DNA of 64,000 nt from Clostridiaceae bacterium (GTDB taxonomy: Bacteria > Bacillota > Clostridia > Saccharofermentanales > DTU023), in NCBI GenBank assembly GCA_012841015.1, contig DUVN01000028.1, positions 103,188 to 167,187 on the forward strand, given 5' to 3'. The notes beneath the pieces were generated by a model, which saw only the letters and a list, made by a program, of their open reading frames with translations, did not search any database and was not told the DNA's origin. Both the position numbers and the translations under genes were made by a program. Below are positions 47,176 to 57,099 of this stretch, piece by piece (position 1 is the stretch's first letter; every line of letters starts with the position of its first letter).

Positions 47176-48153
47176 ATGTTCTTCTACTTATTTTTACTTA
47201 TTCCATTCTTTTTTATGTATGTTTTTCCCTTATTCTTTCTAAGGGTGGCTTCCACGATAAGTTCGACACCGACCGTCGCCACCATCTTATTGGTTGTCGG
47301 CACGATCCTGTGGACGTTGCAGAGCTTGTTGATTGCCTCCTTTATTACGAAACCGAGAAAACATGTAAAGAGACATAAAAAAGTACAAAAAAGCGGCAAA
47401 CTCGTCCAAGCTAAGGTCCTATCCTATGAGAAAATGGGTGAGACTGAGGGAATGCCCAAACTGGAGCTGTTACTTAGTTTTATTAACTTAGCCGGCAGTC
47501 CGACGAAGGTCAAGCTGATGGTCGTCGACAGCAAACCTCACGAAAACAGGTACGAGCCGGGTAATTACATCGATTTAAGGCTCAACCAAAATGGCTTCAA
47601 CCCGCCCTTTGCCTTGGCGTCGGCCAGCTACATAGCCGACAAGAGACTGTGGGTTTGGGGTTGGCTGATCTTCAATATCGCTTACGCGGTGGGCCTATTC
47701 CTAATATCCTATAAGCAGCATAGCGGCAGAAATGGTTGGCTTTTTTTACATCCTGCCTCTCCCTGGATGTTTGCGCCGGTAACAGGTATTGCGTTGCTGG
47801 CATTGCCGGCTTTTATCTCGCCTGCGTCTAAAAACGCGGATGACATCATACGTCCGGGCTACGCGTTGAGCTCAATGTATTCTATACTTGACTTCGGCGA
47901 ACTCCTGTTGTACGGTCATGCCGCTCCGGGAGAGATTCTAAACTACGCTCAAACAAGCGTCTGGCAAGGCCCAGATCCTCAAATACGGTTTGATATCAGT
48001 ATTAAGCAGGAATATGGCGAGCCTGAACTGCTCAGTTCCTTATTTGGGGTTAAAGTGGCAGATTTGCATAAGCTAAGAACAGGTGGGGTCGAAGTCCTCT
48101 ATCTACCCAACAAGAAAAATGTCATCATGCTGGACTATACGAGTGATCATTGA
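47176..48153 (+). CDS. Polytopic membrane protein of unknown function
   Basis: ATG 47176 follows AGAAAGGAA. There are two N-terminal TM helices, a soluble beta-rich segment (GKLVQAKVLSYEKMGE...VKLMVVDSKP..YEPGNYIDLRL, possibly DUF3592-like), more TM helices and a second soluble segment. Confidence 0.6.
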   Translation: MFFYLFLLIPFFFMYVFPLFFLRVASTISSTPTVATILLVVGTILWTLQSLLIASFITKPRKHVKRHKKVQKSGKLVQAKVLSYEKMGETEGMPKLELLLSFINLAGSPTKVKLMVVDSKPHENRYEPGNYIDLRLNQNGFNPPFALASASYIADKRLWVWGWLIFNIAYAVGLFLISYKQHSGRNGWLFLHPASPWMFAPVTGIALLALPAFISPASKNADDIIRPGYALSSMYSILDFGELLLYGHAAPGEILNYAQTSVWQGPDPQIRFDISIKQEYGEPELLSSLFGVKVADLHKLRTGGVEVLYLPNKKNVIMLDYTSDH

Positions 48154-48346
48154 ACGCCCTGACAGAAACATGCCTTGAGCGCACGAAGGCGCATAACTTA
48201 ATTCTTCTTCTCTCAGTCGGTATTCTCAAGTTCAACCTGCCCAAAGTGAAAGTGCAGGAGGATGGGGAGGTGTGTCATACTCACTTGGGAAATAACTTTG
48301 GCGACTAAGACTATCTTGTCAGTATAAATCTATCTCTCGACTGTGT

Positions 48347-48691
48347 TTGTTGAAAACATTATTCTCTTTCATTCTTGTTGTGTCGATCATTATTTCTTCG
48401 TTCTGTTTTGCTGGGTGCCAGAAAGAAGAGCGGATTATGCCTAATGGCGATGTCGTTGATACACGCACAACCGACCGCGATCCTGTAGACAGTGAACAGC
48501 CCAATCCTATAGATGGTGAGGAACCCACTACCAGCAGTGGTGAAGTGATCTATGATGTTGGCTCTCTTGCTCGCCGTATCGGGGAACTACCCGATGTCGA
48601 TGTTCAAGCCGAGGAAGCTCCCGCATCTTTGGCGGGGCGCTGGTATATTCCGAGCATCGAAACAATCTTTGATGTACTTAGGGCTTGTTGA
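48347..48691 (+). CDS. Truncated lipoprotein paralogue (N-terminal 114 aa only), possibly a pseudogene
   Basis: ~90% identical at nt level to the first ~360 nt of the 49986-51299 gene, and it shares that gene's upstream ~30 nt. Lipobox FCFAGC. Similarity ends at ~48671 and a stop follows at 48691. Confidence 0.55.
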   Translation: MLKTLFSFILVVSIIISSFCFAGCQKEERIMPNGDVVDTRTTDRDPVDSEQPNPIDGEEPTTSSGEVIYDVGSLARRIGELPDVDVQAEEAPASLAGRWYIPSIETIFDVLRAC

Positions 48692-48953
48692 ACGATTAAC
48701 AAACAACTGACATCAGTGTATTTCATGTGGCAATACGTTACAATAAGTGCAAGAGAAAAGGCCTAAAAGCGCTGAAACCCTTGCACCTTAAAGCCGGAGT
48801 CTAGTCATGTACAAACACAACAGTCGTCAAATCGCCTTTGTTTCTTATTTTTATGAGAGTCGGCGCTGTAGGATTAAGACACTACAATAGAGGCAGTTCA
48901 TAAGTTCTCAGTCATGATTGAGTAGCATCACCAGCAAAAGGAGGCTACACACA

Positions 48954-49616
48954 ATGAAACGTATTACCATCGTCCTTATACTCTCACTCATTCTTGTACT
49001 ATTTTCTGCTTGCCAAAAAGCGGAAGTCAAAATGTCGGAGCTTCCTGATTTTGTGGATCGTTTCGTCACGGCATTTTATGAGAATAGAGATGTAGGAACA
49101 GACCATGATGTAGAGAATTTCTTGCAAGGTGAGAATCTAACGACATACCTGTCAGAAAAAATACGACTCCATCGCTTTCTTTGTGAACGGGTGAATCTCG
49201 GCAAAACAAACTATTCCATCTCCACTAAGGTGAACGCCCCGGAAGAATTGGATAAGGAAACATACTATGTCTCGGTCGCCATTAATCTGAAGTATAACTA
49301 TCTCGATCTTCCTTCAGAAAAGTCAGGTAGAGGAACTCTACTAGAATTAATTATTTCTACGAAAGGCGGCAAATTTTCGATCATCGATGCCTATGAAGCT
49401 CTTGACTATTATGATGAGGCAATGATCATGGCCTTTGAGAATGGAGAGGAGTTTAATGCAGCCGACGAAATGGCAGAAGGTTTCTCTTTCGATCTCAAAG
49501 AAAGATTCTTAACGGGTCACAGCGTTCGCTCCTTTGACAAGTCTAAAATGCTGACCGTTGTCAAAGACATGGAAGATAACTTTATATCCAAATATGGGGA
49601 GTCAAAAATTTACTAG
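48954..49616 (+). CDS. Lipoprotein, unknown function
   Basis: RBS AAAGGAGG then ATG 48954. MKRITIVLILSLILVLFSAC (lipobox LFSAC). Confidence 0.7.
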   Translation: MKRITIVLILSLILVLFSACQKAEVKMSELPDFVDRFVTAFYENRDVGTDHDVENFLQGENLTTYLSEKIRLHRFLCERVNLGKTNYSISTKVNAPEELDKETYYVSVAINLKYNYLDLPSEKSGRGTLLELIISTKGGKFSIIDAYEALDYYDEAMIMAFENGEEFNAADEMAEGFSFDLKERFLTGHSVRSFDKSKMLTVVKDMEDNFISKYGESKIY

Positions 49617-49985
49617 ATGACAGGGCCATAAGCACTTTATTCTAGGGATAAAGGACGACAAAGGGTTTCCACCCGGAGTCGTCTTTCTCGTCGTATCCGC
49701 TATTATAAACATGTAATTTTCATGTAATCACCAAGGGAAGAATCAGCTTTATAGGGTGAAGATGGATATGTGGATAGAGGAGAGCATTAAGTTGGACGAT
49801 TCACAAATCGTAGATGGGGGCGAGGACAAAATGTAATTGGAAAATTCCTTGTTCGAAATGCATTGCTGTTACCAAAAAGGTCAATTACTTGAGGGGAATG
49901 GTGCAAGCAGCTGTCTAATAGTGTAAGCTGCTAGTTACACAAAGCCGATTCGCGTTTTAATTGATTAGCACGAGGAGGTTCTGCT

Positions 49986-51299
49986 ATGTCTTGTCAGCGT
50001 AAATCGATTGCTCTGTTGTTTTTATTAAAAACATTATTCTCTTTCGTATTAGTCGTGTCGATCATTATTTCTTCGCTCTGTTTTGTCGGGTGTCAGCAAG
50101 AAGAGAAGATTGCGCCTAATGGCGATGTCGTTGATACACGCACAATCGACCGCGATCCTGTAGACAGTGAACAGCCCAATCCCATAGATGGTGAAGAACC
50201 CACTCCCAGCGACGGTGAAGTGGTCTATGATGTCGGCTCTCTTGCTCGCCGTATCGGGGAGCTGCCCGATGTTTACGTTCAAGCCGAGGAAGCTCCCGCT
50301 TCTTTGACGGGGCGCTGGTATATTCCGAGCATCGAAACTATCTTTGCAGTGCTCATGAACGATCGAACGCTTGAGGATTTTAATGTCACAACGGAGGCAC
50401 TTCATGTTACACCGAACGCATTTACAGTATATACGTCTAAAACAGATGTTTTGTCCTTTACTACAGATGTGCATGGCGATTTTAGTTTTTCTCTTGATCC
50501 CAAAATGTCGTCTGACATCGAATGGGTGCTTAGCTCAAAACGTGAAAGACCCTTTGGTGACGACTTTGTCAAAGAGAAAGACTATTTCAATGATTCTTCA
50601 CTTCTGATCATGGATAAGGATGAGGCCATCGAGTTAGCTCAGACAACACTTAAGCGCTTAGGGTATGTGAATATCGTCCTGCAAGATGTCATCGCCTTAA
50701 ACCATGAGAAAATTCTCGAGAAAACGCTTGAGTATAAATGTGCTGCTGAGGAATTTAAAAAACAAAATCCTGCTTACGAAATGTACGACTATCGTACCGA
50801 ATGGGAGGAAAAGGACGGGAAGTATGCAATGTATTTTCTCTCCTTGGGTCCATACAATATCCCTCTTCATGAAAGCGGAAACCTTGCGACGGAGGGTGAG
50901 TTTTCACCATGGGACCGACTTGGTACATTAATCTATTGTTTTGTCGGACAAGATGGCCTTGAGCACATTGAAGTCAGATCCTTTTACGTGTTTGATGAGC
51001 CTTCCGAGGCGAATACGAGGTTGTTGACTCACGAGGAGATCACCGAAAAATTCAACGGGCTTTATACGGTGCGCCCCGAAGTCAGCTCCTTTGAACTGGG
51101 AAAAATCAGACTTCGCTATTTGGCTGATAAGTATCGTTTTAGCGAGGCATTGCCTGACGCGCTTTCATTTACACCTGTATATACGTGTACTATTGTGGAG
51201 AAAACAGAAAAGCCAGGAACAGATGTTTGTATTGTAACCCAGGATCTCGTCTTTAATGCGATCACGGGAGAGTTGATCACCGATACGATATTCAGGTAA
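49986..51299 (+). CDS. Lipoprotein, unknown function (full-length paralogue of 48347-48691)
   Basis: RBS GAGGAGG then ATG 49986. Signal plus lipobox LCFVGC. 437 aa. Confidence 0.7.
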   Translation: MSCQRKSIALLFLLKTLFSFVLVVSIIISSLCFVGCQQEEKIAPNGDVVDTRTIDRDPVDSEQPNPIDGEEPTPSDGEVVYDVGSLARRIGELPDVYVQAEEAPASLTGRWYIPSIETIFAVLMNDRTLEDFNVTTEALHVTPNAFTVYTSKTDVLSFTTDVHGDFSFSLDPKMSSDIEWVLSSKRERPFGDDFVKEKDYFNDSSLLIMDKDEAIELAQTTLKRLGYVNIVLQDVIALNHEKILEKTLEYKCAAEEFKKQNPAYEMYDYRTEWEEKDGKYAMYFLSLGPYNIPLHESGNLATEGEFSPWDRLGTLIYCFVGQDGLEHIEVRSFYVFDEPSEANTRLLTHEEITEKFNGLYTVRPEVSSFELGKIRLRYLADKYRFSEALPDALSFTPVYTCTIVEKTEKPGTDVCIVTQDLVFNAITGELITDTIFR

Positions 51300-51312
51300 G
51301 GAGAATGTAAGA

Positions 51313-51561
51313 GTGTACGGACGCTTAATTGGCAATGAGATTAAGAGAAATCTTTTTAACTTTCGCTCGTTTTTTGCGTTGATCGCACTTTTACTGATAC
51401 AGTGGTACCCCGTCTACTTGGAGATGAGCTGTTCAATTCTTCAAAATGATCACTTGTACTATCTCATGGTCTTTACGGGCATGAATTACACTCTCTTTTA
51501 CACGGTGGTGGCGATTCCATGCGCCGTCGCTTGGCCGGACGACCGCAACTATATGGGATGA
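51313..51561 (+). CDS. Membrane protein, N-terminal 2-TM part of an ABC-2-type permease-like unit
   Basis: GTG start after AAGGAGA. It has two TM helices. Its stop TGA (51559-51561) overlaps ATG 51558 of the next ORF (ATGA). Confidence 0.5.
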   Translation: MYGRLIGNEIKRNLFNFRSFFALIALLLIQWYPVYLEMSCSILQNDHLYYLMVFTGMNYTLFYTVVAIPCAVAWPDDRNYMG

Positions 51562-52106
51562 CATCGTACATGGTAACGCGCAGCTCACCGAAGCGGTATG
51601 CAAGCGCTAAAACAATGGGCGCGTGGTTGTCGTATTTTCTCTTTAGTGTTACCGCCGCTCTTCTTTTCTTCGCTAGTGTCATTCTGGTCACGAGCGTTTG
51701 GGGCGCGCCTGTCGAGATACCGCATATCGAGAGCGGTCTCGATTTTACTCGCACATACTATGCCCTCGCCTCTAAAAGTTGTTTTCTATACTATGTAGCG
51801 CGCGCAATGTCTATTTCGCTGATAGCCAGTATGTGGTCGATGATCTCATTTTTCTTTTCCGTCTATTTTGCCAATGTGTTTCTGACAATTGCTGTCCCGC
51901 CGATTATTTTTTATTTTTTCATGAACTTGCTAAAAGAGCTTTCAGCACCCTTCTATCTCAACCCCCTCGTCGTTTCCTATAATATCTTTCACCTGCATTC
52001 TATTGCTGTTACACTTCTCTATACGCTTATGTATTCACTCGTCATCTCAGGTGTTCTTGGCTGGTTCTCCTATCGCAAGATGTTGAAAGAGGTGCTCCAT
52101 GCGTAA
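51558..52106 (+). CDS. Membrane protein, C-terminal 4-TM part of an ABC-2-type permease-like unit
   Basis: It has four predicted TM helices. Together with 51313-51561 this gives the 6-TM, ~265-aa layout of ABC-2 permeases. This is either a split gene with ATGA coupling or a frameshifted single gene. Confidence 0.5.
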   Translation: MTSYMVTRSSPKRYASAKTMGAWLSYFLFSVTAALLFFASVILVTSVWGAPVEIPHIESGLDFTRTYYALASKSCFLYYVARAMSISLIASMWSMISFFFSVYFANVFLTIAVPPIIFYFFMNLLKELSAPFYLNPLVVSYNIFHLHSIAVTLLYTLMYSLVISGVLGWFSYRKMLKEVLHA

Positions 52107-52956
52107 GGTTAGCAGCGTCATCCACCTCACCGTCAACGAGTTTCGCAAGTGGTTTGCCAGCAAACGAATGCTTGCCGTCGCGCTGATGATGTTGACGTGT
52201 GTGCATTTTTACATATCGCCGATATGCAAATACTGCCGAGACGTCGGGTACCGCATAGCGCCCTTTATCTTTCCTCATCTCGTCACAAGGGGTTACGTCA
52301 TTCCGACACTTCTATTTCTGGCAACTATTTTGTTTTGCAATGCGCCCTTTATGGATAATTTGAGTACTTACGAGATTGCCCGTTCCGGCAAAAAGCAATG
52401 GCTTGTCAGTAAACTGTTCTATGTTTATACGGCATCCTTTGTCTATGTTGCCGTTCTCTTTGGCCTGACGCTCCTGTTCGTCGCCCGTTATCTCGTCTGG
52501 ATCGGCGAGTGGGGCAAGGTGATCACGACGCTGTCTTTGACGACGGCGGGACACCTGTATGATATTGCTTTTTTTAGCGACCACATACTGAAGCATTGCG
52601 AGCCTCTTCAGGCGACGCTTCTGGCATTTCTGATGCTGTGGCTTCAGACGGCGTTTGTCGGTGTGCTTATCTTTGCTGCCAATCTGTTTGCCAAACGAAG
52701 TCGCTCTCTTGGCATTTTGCTGGCAGCCGCATATGGAGCTTCCCCTATGCTTTACGGGCTCTGGGATGGAGCGGAAATGATTACTATTTCTCCGGCGATG
52801 TGGTCGATTCCGTATTATTTGAAACCGCATGTCCCCGGTGTCCTCGTGAGCTACACGTCGGCATTTTGGCTGATGGCACTGTTCATCGCTTTATTGTCGC
52901 TCGTAAGCTGGTTATTTTTCAGAAAGAGGGATATGGAAATTTACCCGGAACTGTGA
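52099..52956 (+). CDS. ABC-2-type transporter permease-like membrane protein
   Basis: 285 aa with ~6 TM helices. The start overlaps the previous stop (ATGCGTAA). It lies upstream of an ABC ATPase. Confidence 0.6.
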   Translation: MRKVSSVIHLTVNEFRKWFASKRMLAVALMMLTCVHFYISPICKYCRDVGYRIAPFIFPHLVTRGYVIPTLLFLATILFCNAPFMDNLSTYEIARSGKKQWLVSKLFYVYTASFVYVAVLFGLTLLFVARYLVWIGEWGKVITTLSLTTAGHLYDIAFFSDHILKHCEPLQATLLAFLMLWLQTAFVGVLIFAANLFAKRSRSLGILLAAAYGASPMLYGLWDGAEMITISPAMWSIPYYLKPHVPGVLVSYTSAFWLMALFIALLSLVSWLFFRKRDMEIYPEL

Positions 52957-53037
52957 GGTTGGAATGAGCCGGTATTGTTCCCGCAACGCCATGCGACGTT
53001 GATGGATATTGATCCGGAACTGTGAGGTGAGGTTGAG

Positions 53038-53679
53038 ATGTTTATTGTTGAAGTAAAAAACGCGACAAAAAAGTTTAAGGAAACGACGGCGCTCTCAGAT
53101 GTGACGGTGTCGTTTGAAGAGGGAAAGATTCACGGCTTGATCGGGCGTAACGGTTCCGGCAAGACCGTCCTCATTAAGTCGATCTGCGGTTTAATGCACC
53201 TTACAGAGGGTGAGATTCTCGTGCGCGGGCAGCGCGTAGGGAAGGATATCGACGTTCCTCCGAACATCGGCATAGTCATTGAAAACCCCGGATTCCTCCC
53301 CTCGTATAGCGGTATGAAAAACCTCATGTACCTTGCAAAAATCAGGAATACGGTTGATCGCGAGCAGGTTGCCAAGAGCATGGCGTTTGTCGGACTCGAC
53401 CCGAAATCAAAAAAGCATGTCGCCAAATACTCCATGGGGATGAGACAGCGGCTCGCCATCGCGCAGGCGGTGATGGAAGACCCTGACCTACTCTTTCTCG
53501 ACGAGCCAATGAATGGTCTCGACAATCAAGGGGTAAAAGAAATAAGAGAAGCGATCCAGACGCTGAAAGCGCAAGGCAAAACGATTTTTCTTGCCAGCCA
53601 CAACGCGGAAGACATCGATATCCTCTGTGACACAGTCCATGAAATGGATGCAGGGGTGATCCGGCAAGTTAGGCCGTAG
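53038..53679 (+). CDS. ABC transporter ATP-binding protein
   Basis: Walker A GRNGSGKT, signature YSMGMRQR, Walker B LLFLDEPMNGLD and H-loop ASHN. Confidence 0.9.
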   Translation: MFIVEVKNATKKFKETTALSDVTVSFEEGKIHGLIGRNGSGKTVLIKSICGLMHLTEGEILVRGQRVGKDIDVPPNIGIVIENPGFLPSYSGMKNLMYLAKIRNTVDREQVAKSMAFVGLDPKSKKHVAKYSMGMRQRLAIAQAVMEDPDLLFLDEPMNGLDNQGVKEIREAIQTLKAQGKTIFLASHNAEDIDILCDTVHEMDAGVIRQVRP

Positions 53680-54331
53680 ATCAAGTTGTTTCCGGTAGCC
53701 TGATCTGTAAGCGGATCACTTTTTTCTACCCCCACCACTGAATATAACGGTATATGAGGGCAGGGATATTCGGATAAAATGACCTAAAATACTTGGCTTT
53801 TATCAATTAAAAGCACGATATCTCATCAAATTATCCTCAAGTACTCTTCATCACCTTTTCTAAGACTAGTTTGAGCGTTTGAAGCGCAATCGATGAGGTG
53901 CTTTGGAGAAGACTGCCGTTTTTTAGGCATGTGATGTCAATAATGGAGTCTCGATAGAGCCTTCTCAGCTGGTTACAATAATCCGGTTCCGTCATAAGGC
54001 TTTTGTTCAACGCCTACAGAGATTAATTCTCGTTTAATGTTGGTCTCGCCTCTTGTCAGTGAAACAATAACGAAACCGCTAACGATCAATTGATTGACCT
54101 TAAAGAGTGTATTTGCATGAAAATCGCTTGCTTTGAAATTCGTATTTGTAGTGTCGTACATTTGATCGACTTCACATTTGCAGCGATATGTGGATGAGAT
54201 AAAATGAGATCCGATCCATATTTGCGAGGCTAACTATTACAAAAATGATCCAAGTATGGGCAATTTTGATGTAGTATTCCCAGACAAAACCGTAGTATAT
54301 CAGTGAAGGCAAAAAGGAGACAGCTCAACAG

Positions 54332-54895
54332 ATGGTGACTCAGGATGATGAAATCATCAAACTGTTCTTTGAACGTTCAGAACAGGCCATACGAGAACTG
54401 GAGACTAAATACGGCAATGCTTGTTTTAAGCTCTCGTACAATATTCTGGGCAATCGACAGGATGCGGAGGAATGCGTTAATGATGCGTATTGGGGCGTCT
54501 GGAATGCGATTCCGCCTGCAAAGCCAGCCCTGTTGTTGTCTTTTGTTCTGAAAATTGTCAGAAATCTTTCTTTAAAGAAATATTGGAAAAATAGAGCGCA
54601 TAAGCGAGATAGTGCCTATACTGTGTCGATTCATGAAATCGAGCTGTTTCTTGCTACACCAAACACAACAGAAAGTGAAATCGATGCGCGTGAGCTGGCA
54701 AAGATGATGGAGGAATTCTTGGACACACAGACGTTAGAAAACCGCGTGATTTTTATGCGCCGCTATTGGTTCTCTGACTCCTACAAGGACATCGCAGAAC
54801 AAGTGGCGCTTTCAGAAAAAGTTGTTTCTGTTCGTCTCACTCGCATTCGCAAGAAATTGAGAGAATTCTTAATGGACAAGGAGGTGCTCCTATGA
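54332..54895 (+). CDS. ECF-type RNA polymerase sigma-70 family factor
   Basis: Region 2 (DAEECVNDAYWGVWNAIPP...FVLKIVRNLSLKKY) and region 4 HTH (SYKDIAEQVALSEKVVSVRLTRIRKKLREFL). RBS AAAAGGAGA. Confidence 0.85.
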   Translation: MVTQDDEIIKLFFERSEQAIRELETKYGNACFKLSYNILGNRQDAEECVNDAYWGVWNAIPPAKPALLLSFVLKIVRNLSLKKYWKNRAHKRDSAYTVSIHEIELFLATPNTTESEIDARELAKMMEEFLDTQTLENRVIFMRRYWFSDSYKDIAEQVALSEKVVSVRLTRIRKKLREFLMDKEVLL

Positions 54896-56094
54896 AGGCA
54901 GAAGTTTTTTCAGATGCAATGGATGTCATTGACAATAAATATATTGAAGAAGCCGTGCATTATCATCGAGAAAAGAAATCTCTACCGTGGAGTAAGATCG
55001 GGGCGGTAGCTGCTGCCTGTATTGTGTTAGCGGGTGCGTTCGTCATCTATGGTCTTAACAAACAGGATCAGCAGAAAATCCATGAGCCTATAAACAAAAG
55101 CGCCGTTCCATCGCCACCGCAGGAATACCATGCCATTAGACCGACGTCTTCTCAAGGGGAGGATTCCTTAGTCATTACACCGACACCTCCACAGGAGCAG
55201 ATGCATGAAGATGGTTGCTTGGCGGAAGACGCGCCTATCTATACGAGCATTGATCAGTTAGTCGCCGATTCCGACTATGTTTTTAAAGGAACATTGGATC
55301 GCTTTGAGGAGGCGTGGGGCCGGGCGGACGATACGTTTGATTTGTGGCATTGGGCTGTTTTTAAGGTGGATCGGCACTACAAAAGAACGGACGCTCCCGA
55401 TGTGATCCGTATGGTGGCACGTATTCATGACCCGAAGTATCAGTTGGGTGAACAATACTATGTCTTTGCCGATGTGCATGATTCTAATTGTTACCCCTAT
55501 CCGTTGGTAACGCCGTTCTATAATCTTGCCATCTTTAAAGTAGCGGGAAATAAGGTTCACATCTTCGACTCACACAGTTATAGAGCGGGAGAGAAGGACG
55601 ACATCTACGTCTACGACTCTACCAGCGGCATTTCAGTTCAAGATGTCATGCCAGCTGTATATGACGAGTTTTTCAGAAATAATCCGGAAAAGGCCATCTT
55701 GTCATCGACAGAAGGACTGTCGACGGTCAGGGAGATTCCTTTCGTTCAGGAACGCTACAACTCCTTGTCGGACATGCTGTCAGCATCTGATTGCGTCGTC
55801 CGCGTCGTCTTTAAAGAAACAGAGAAGATGAACAAATATGTGACGCTTGGATCTGTCAAAGACATTGAGTCCATTTATCGCGCGGACAACAAGTATAAGG
55901 GCATTCCACTACCTACAACGATTTTCTTCAATGAAACGGTTCAGCTGGTAACGGTTCGGCCGGGCGAGACGTATTACATCTTTCTCCGTGCCGATCAAGA
56001 AGGCGCAAGTTACAGGCTTGCAGCTAAAATCGGAGCTATCATCTCTTCCAAGGACGAGGATCTTTGCGAAGAATTAGCTGATCTTCTGAGATAG
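54892..56094 (+). CDS. Putative anti-sigma factor: short cytoplasmic N-terminus, one TM, large extracytoplasmic domain
   Basis: The start overlaps the sigma gene stop (ATGA). The N-terminal ...DVIDNKYIEEAV motif is common in partners of Firmicute ECF sigmas. The TM is IGAVAAACIVLAGAFVIYGL. Confidence 0.55.
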   Translation: MKAEVFSDAMDVIDNKYIEEAVHYHREKKSLPWSKIGAVAAACIVLAGAFVIYGLNKQDQQKIHEPINKSAVPSPPQEYHAIRPTSSQGEDSLVITPTPPQEQMHEDGCLAEDAPIYTSIDQLVADSDYVFKGTLDRFEEAWGRADDTFDLWHWAVFKVDRHYKRTDAPDVIRMVARIHDPKYQLGEQYYVFADVHDSNCYPYPLVTPFYNLAIFKVAGNKVHIFDSHSYRAGEKDDIYVYDSTSGISVQDVMPAVYDEFFRNNPEKAILSSTEGLSTVREIPFVQERYNSLSDMLSASDCVVRVVFKETEKMNKYVTLGSVKDIESIYRADNKYKGIPLPTTIFFNETVQLVTVRPGETYYIFLRADQEGASYRLAAKIGAIISSKDEDLCEELADLLR

Positions 56095-56212
56095 GAAATG
56101 ACATCCATGTGAGACAAGGGCTTTCCCCAATGAGTGAAAAGAACTGTTGAAACTCGCAGTTATCAGTCCACCTGTGAAATGGTATTCCCTCTGAGTGAAA
56201 GGAGTTGTTCCA

Positions 56213-56920
56213 ATGACAAAAAGTAAAACAATGATCCGGAAATGGTATGTGCTGACGCTTCTCATTGTTGTTGTGGCGCTGTTCATTGTTGCTTGTCAGA
56301 AAGCAAATGTTGTACTCGACAAAGAAAACAAATCCGACTCCACAATGTGTGATGATAAATCAATCTTGGATAGAAAAATCGATTCAGGCATCTTAAGTGA
56401 TAGAACACTCGTGGGCAGTAAGACAAATCAAGGCTTCTCAATGTGTGAGTGTGCAGCTGATACGTATCGTCCGGATGGTTATCATCCCCGGATCGGCTCT
56501 GCGTTAGCACTGAAGCTCTCTCTGCACAAAGATGTCCCGGAGATGGTCTACGACGTGGTGATTCCCTGTATTCATCGCTTTGGGGAAGAAGACGCTTGCA
56601 TGGTGGAAAGGTTGGGTGACCGTCTCGATCGATCATCTTGGAAGTGTTGGACTCGCATCTTGTGGCCGAATTGCGGTATAGAGGAAAAATATCATGCTCA
56701 GCTTACCCGCGATCAAATAAACATAGTTGTTGAATCCGGATTATGGTGCCTCTATCTTGGATCGGGGAAAGGCAACTTAACTGAGATGAGCTTCGATAAT
56801 CCAAAGGGTATCGAGACGTATTGTGAGCTTGTTGGCGATATGTACACATTCGCCGCAGATGGGAGCATTTTATACAAACCTGATCTTATAGCAGAGGGAC
56901 TCGTCGAGCTCGATCCGTAG
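56213..56920 (+). CDS. Lipoprotein, unknown function (Cys-rich)
   Basis: RBS GAAAGGAG then ATG 56213. MTKSKTMIRKWYVLTLLIVVVALFIVAC (lipobox). Confidence 0.65.
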   Translation: MTKSKTMIRKWYVLTLLIVVVALFIVACQKANVVLDKENKSDSTMCDDKSILDRKIDSGILSDRTLVGSKTNQGFSMCECAADTYRPDGYHPRIGSALALKLSLHKDVPEMVYDVVIPCIHRFGEEDACMVERLGDRLDRSSWKCWTRILWPNCGIEEKYHAQLTRDQINIVVESGLWCLYLGSGKGNLTEMSFDNPKGIETYCELVGDMYTFAADGSILYKPDLIAEGLVELDP

Positions 56921-57099
56921 AACTGAAGTCAAGGATAGACTCATAGTCTGCCATCTTTTGTAAAGGAGCCGGTACATATCTTTGGACCCTTTTGTTGTAT
57001 AAACATTAATTAGAGGCCCCTTTGTCTGCTGAAAGCAGACAAAGGGAGCCTCTTTTTACCTTATATTGACCTTAAGTTATGTGCAGGAGGTGGAATCCC

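Noticed and set aside
49858-49926. 22-aa Cys-rich small ORF (MHCCYQKGQLLEGNGASSCLIV), and a 24-aa acidic ORF just upstream, as possible bacteriocin or peptide genes near the ABC transporter
   Set aside because: There is no Shine-Dalgarno sequence, leader-peptide motif or modification genes. It is indistinguishable from chance ORFs in an intergenic region.
53973-54161. 62-aa minus-strand ORF in the 650-bp gap between the ABC ATPase and the ECF sigma gene
   Set aside because: There is no RBS and no recognisable motif. It may be a gene remnant, but I cannot support a call.
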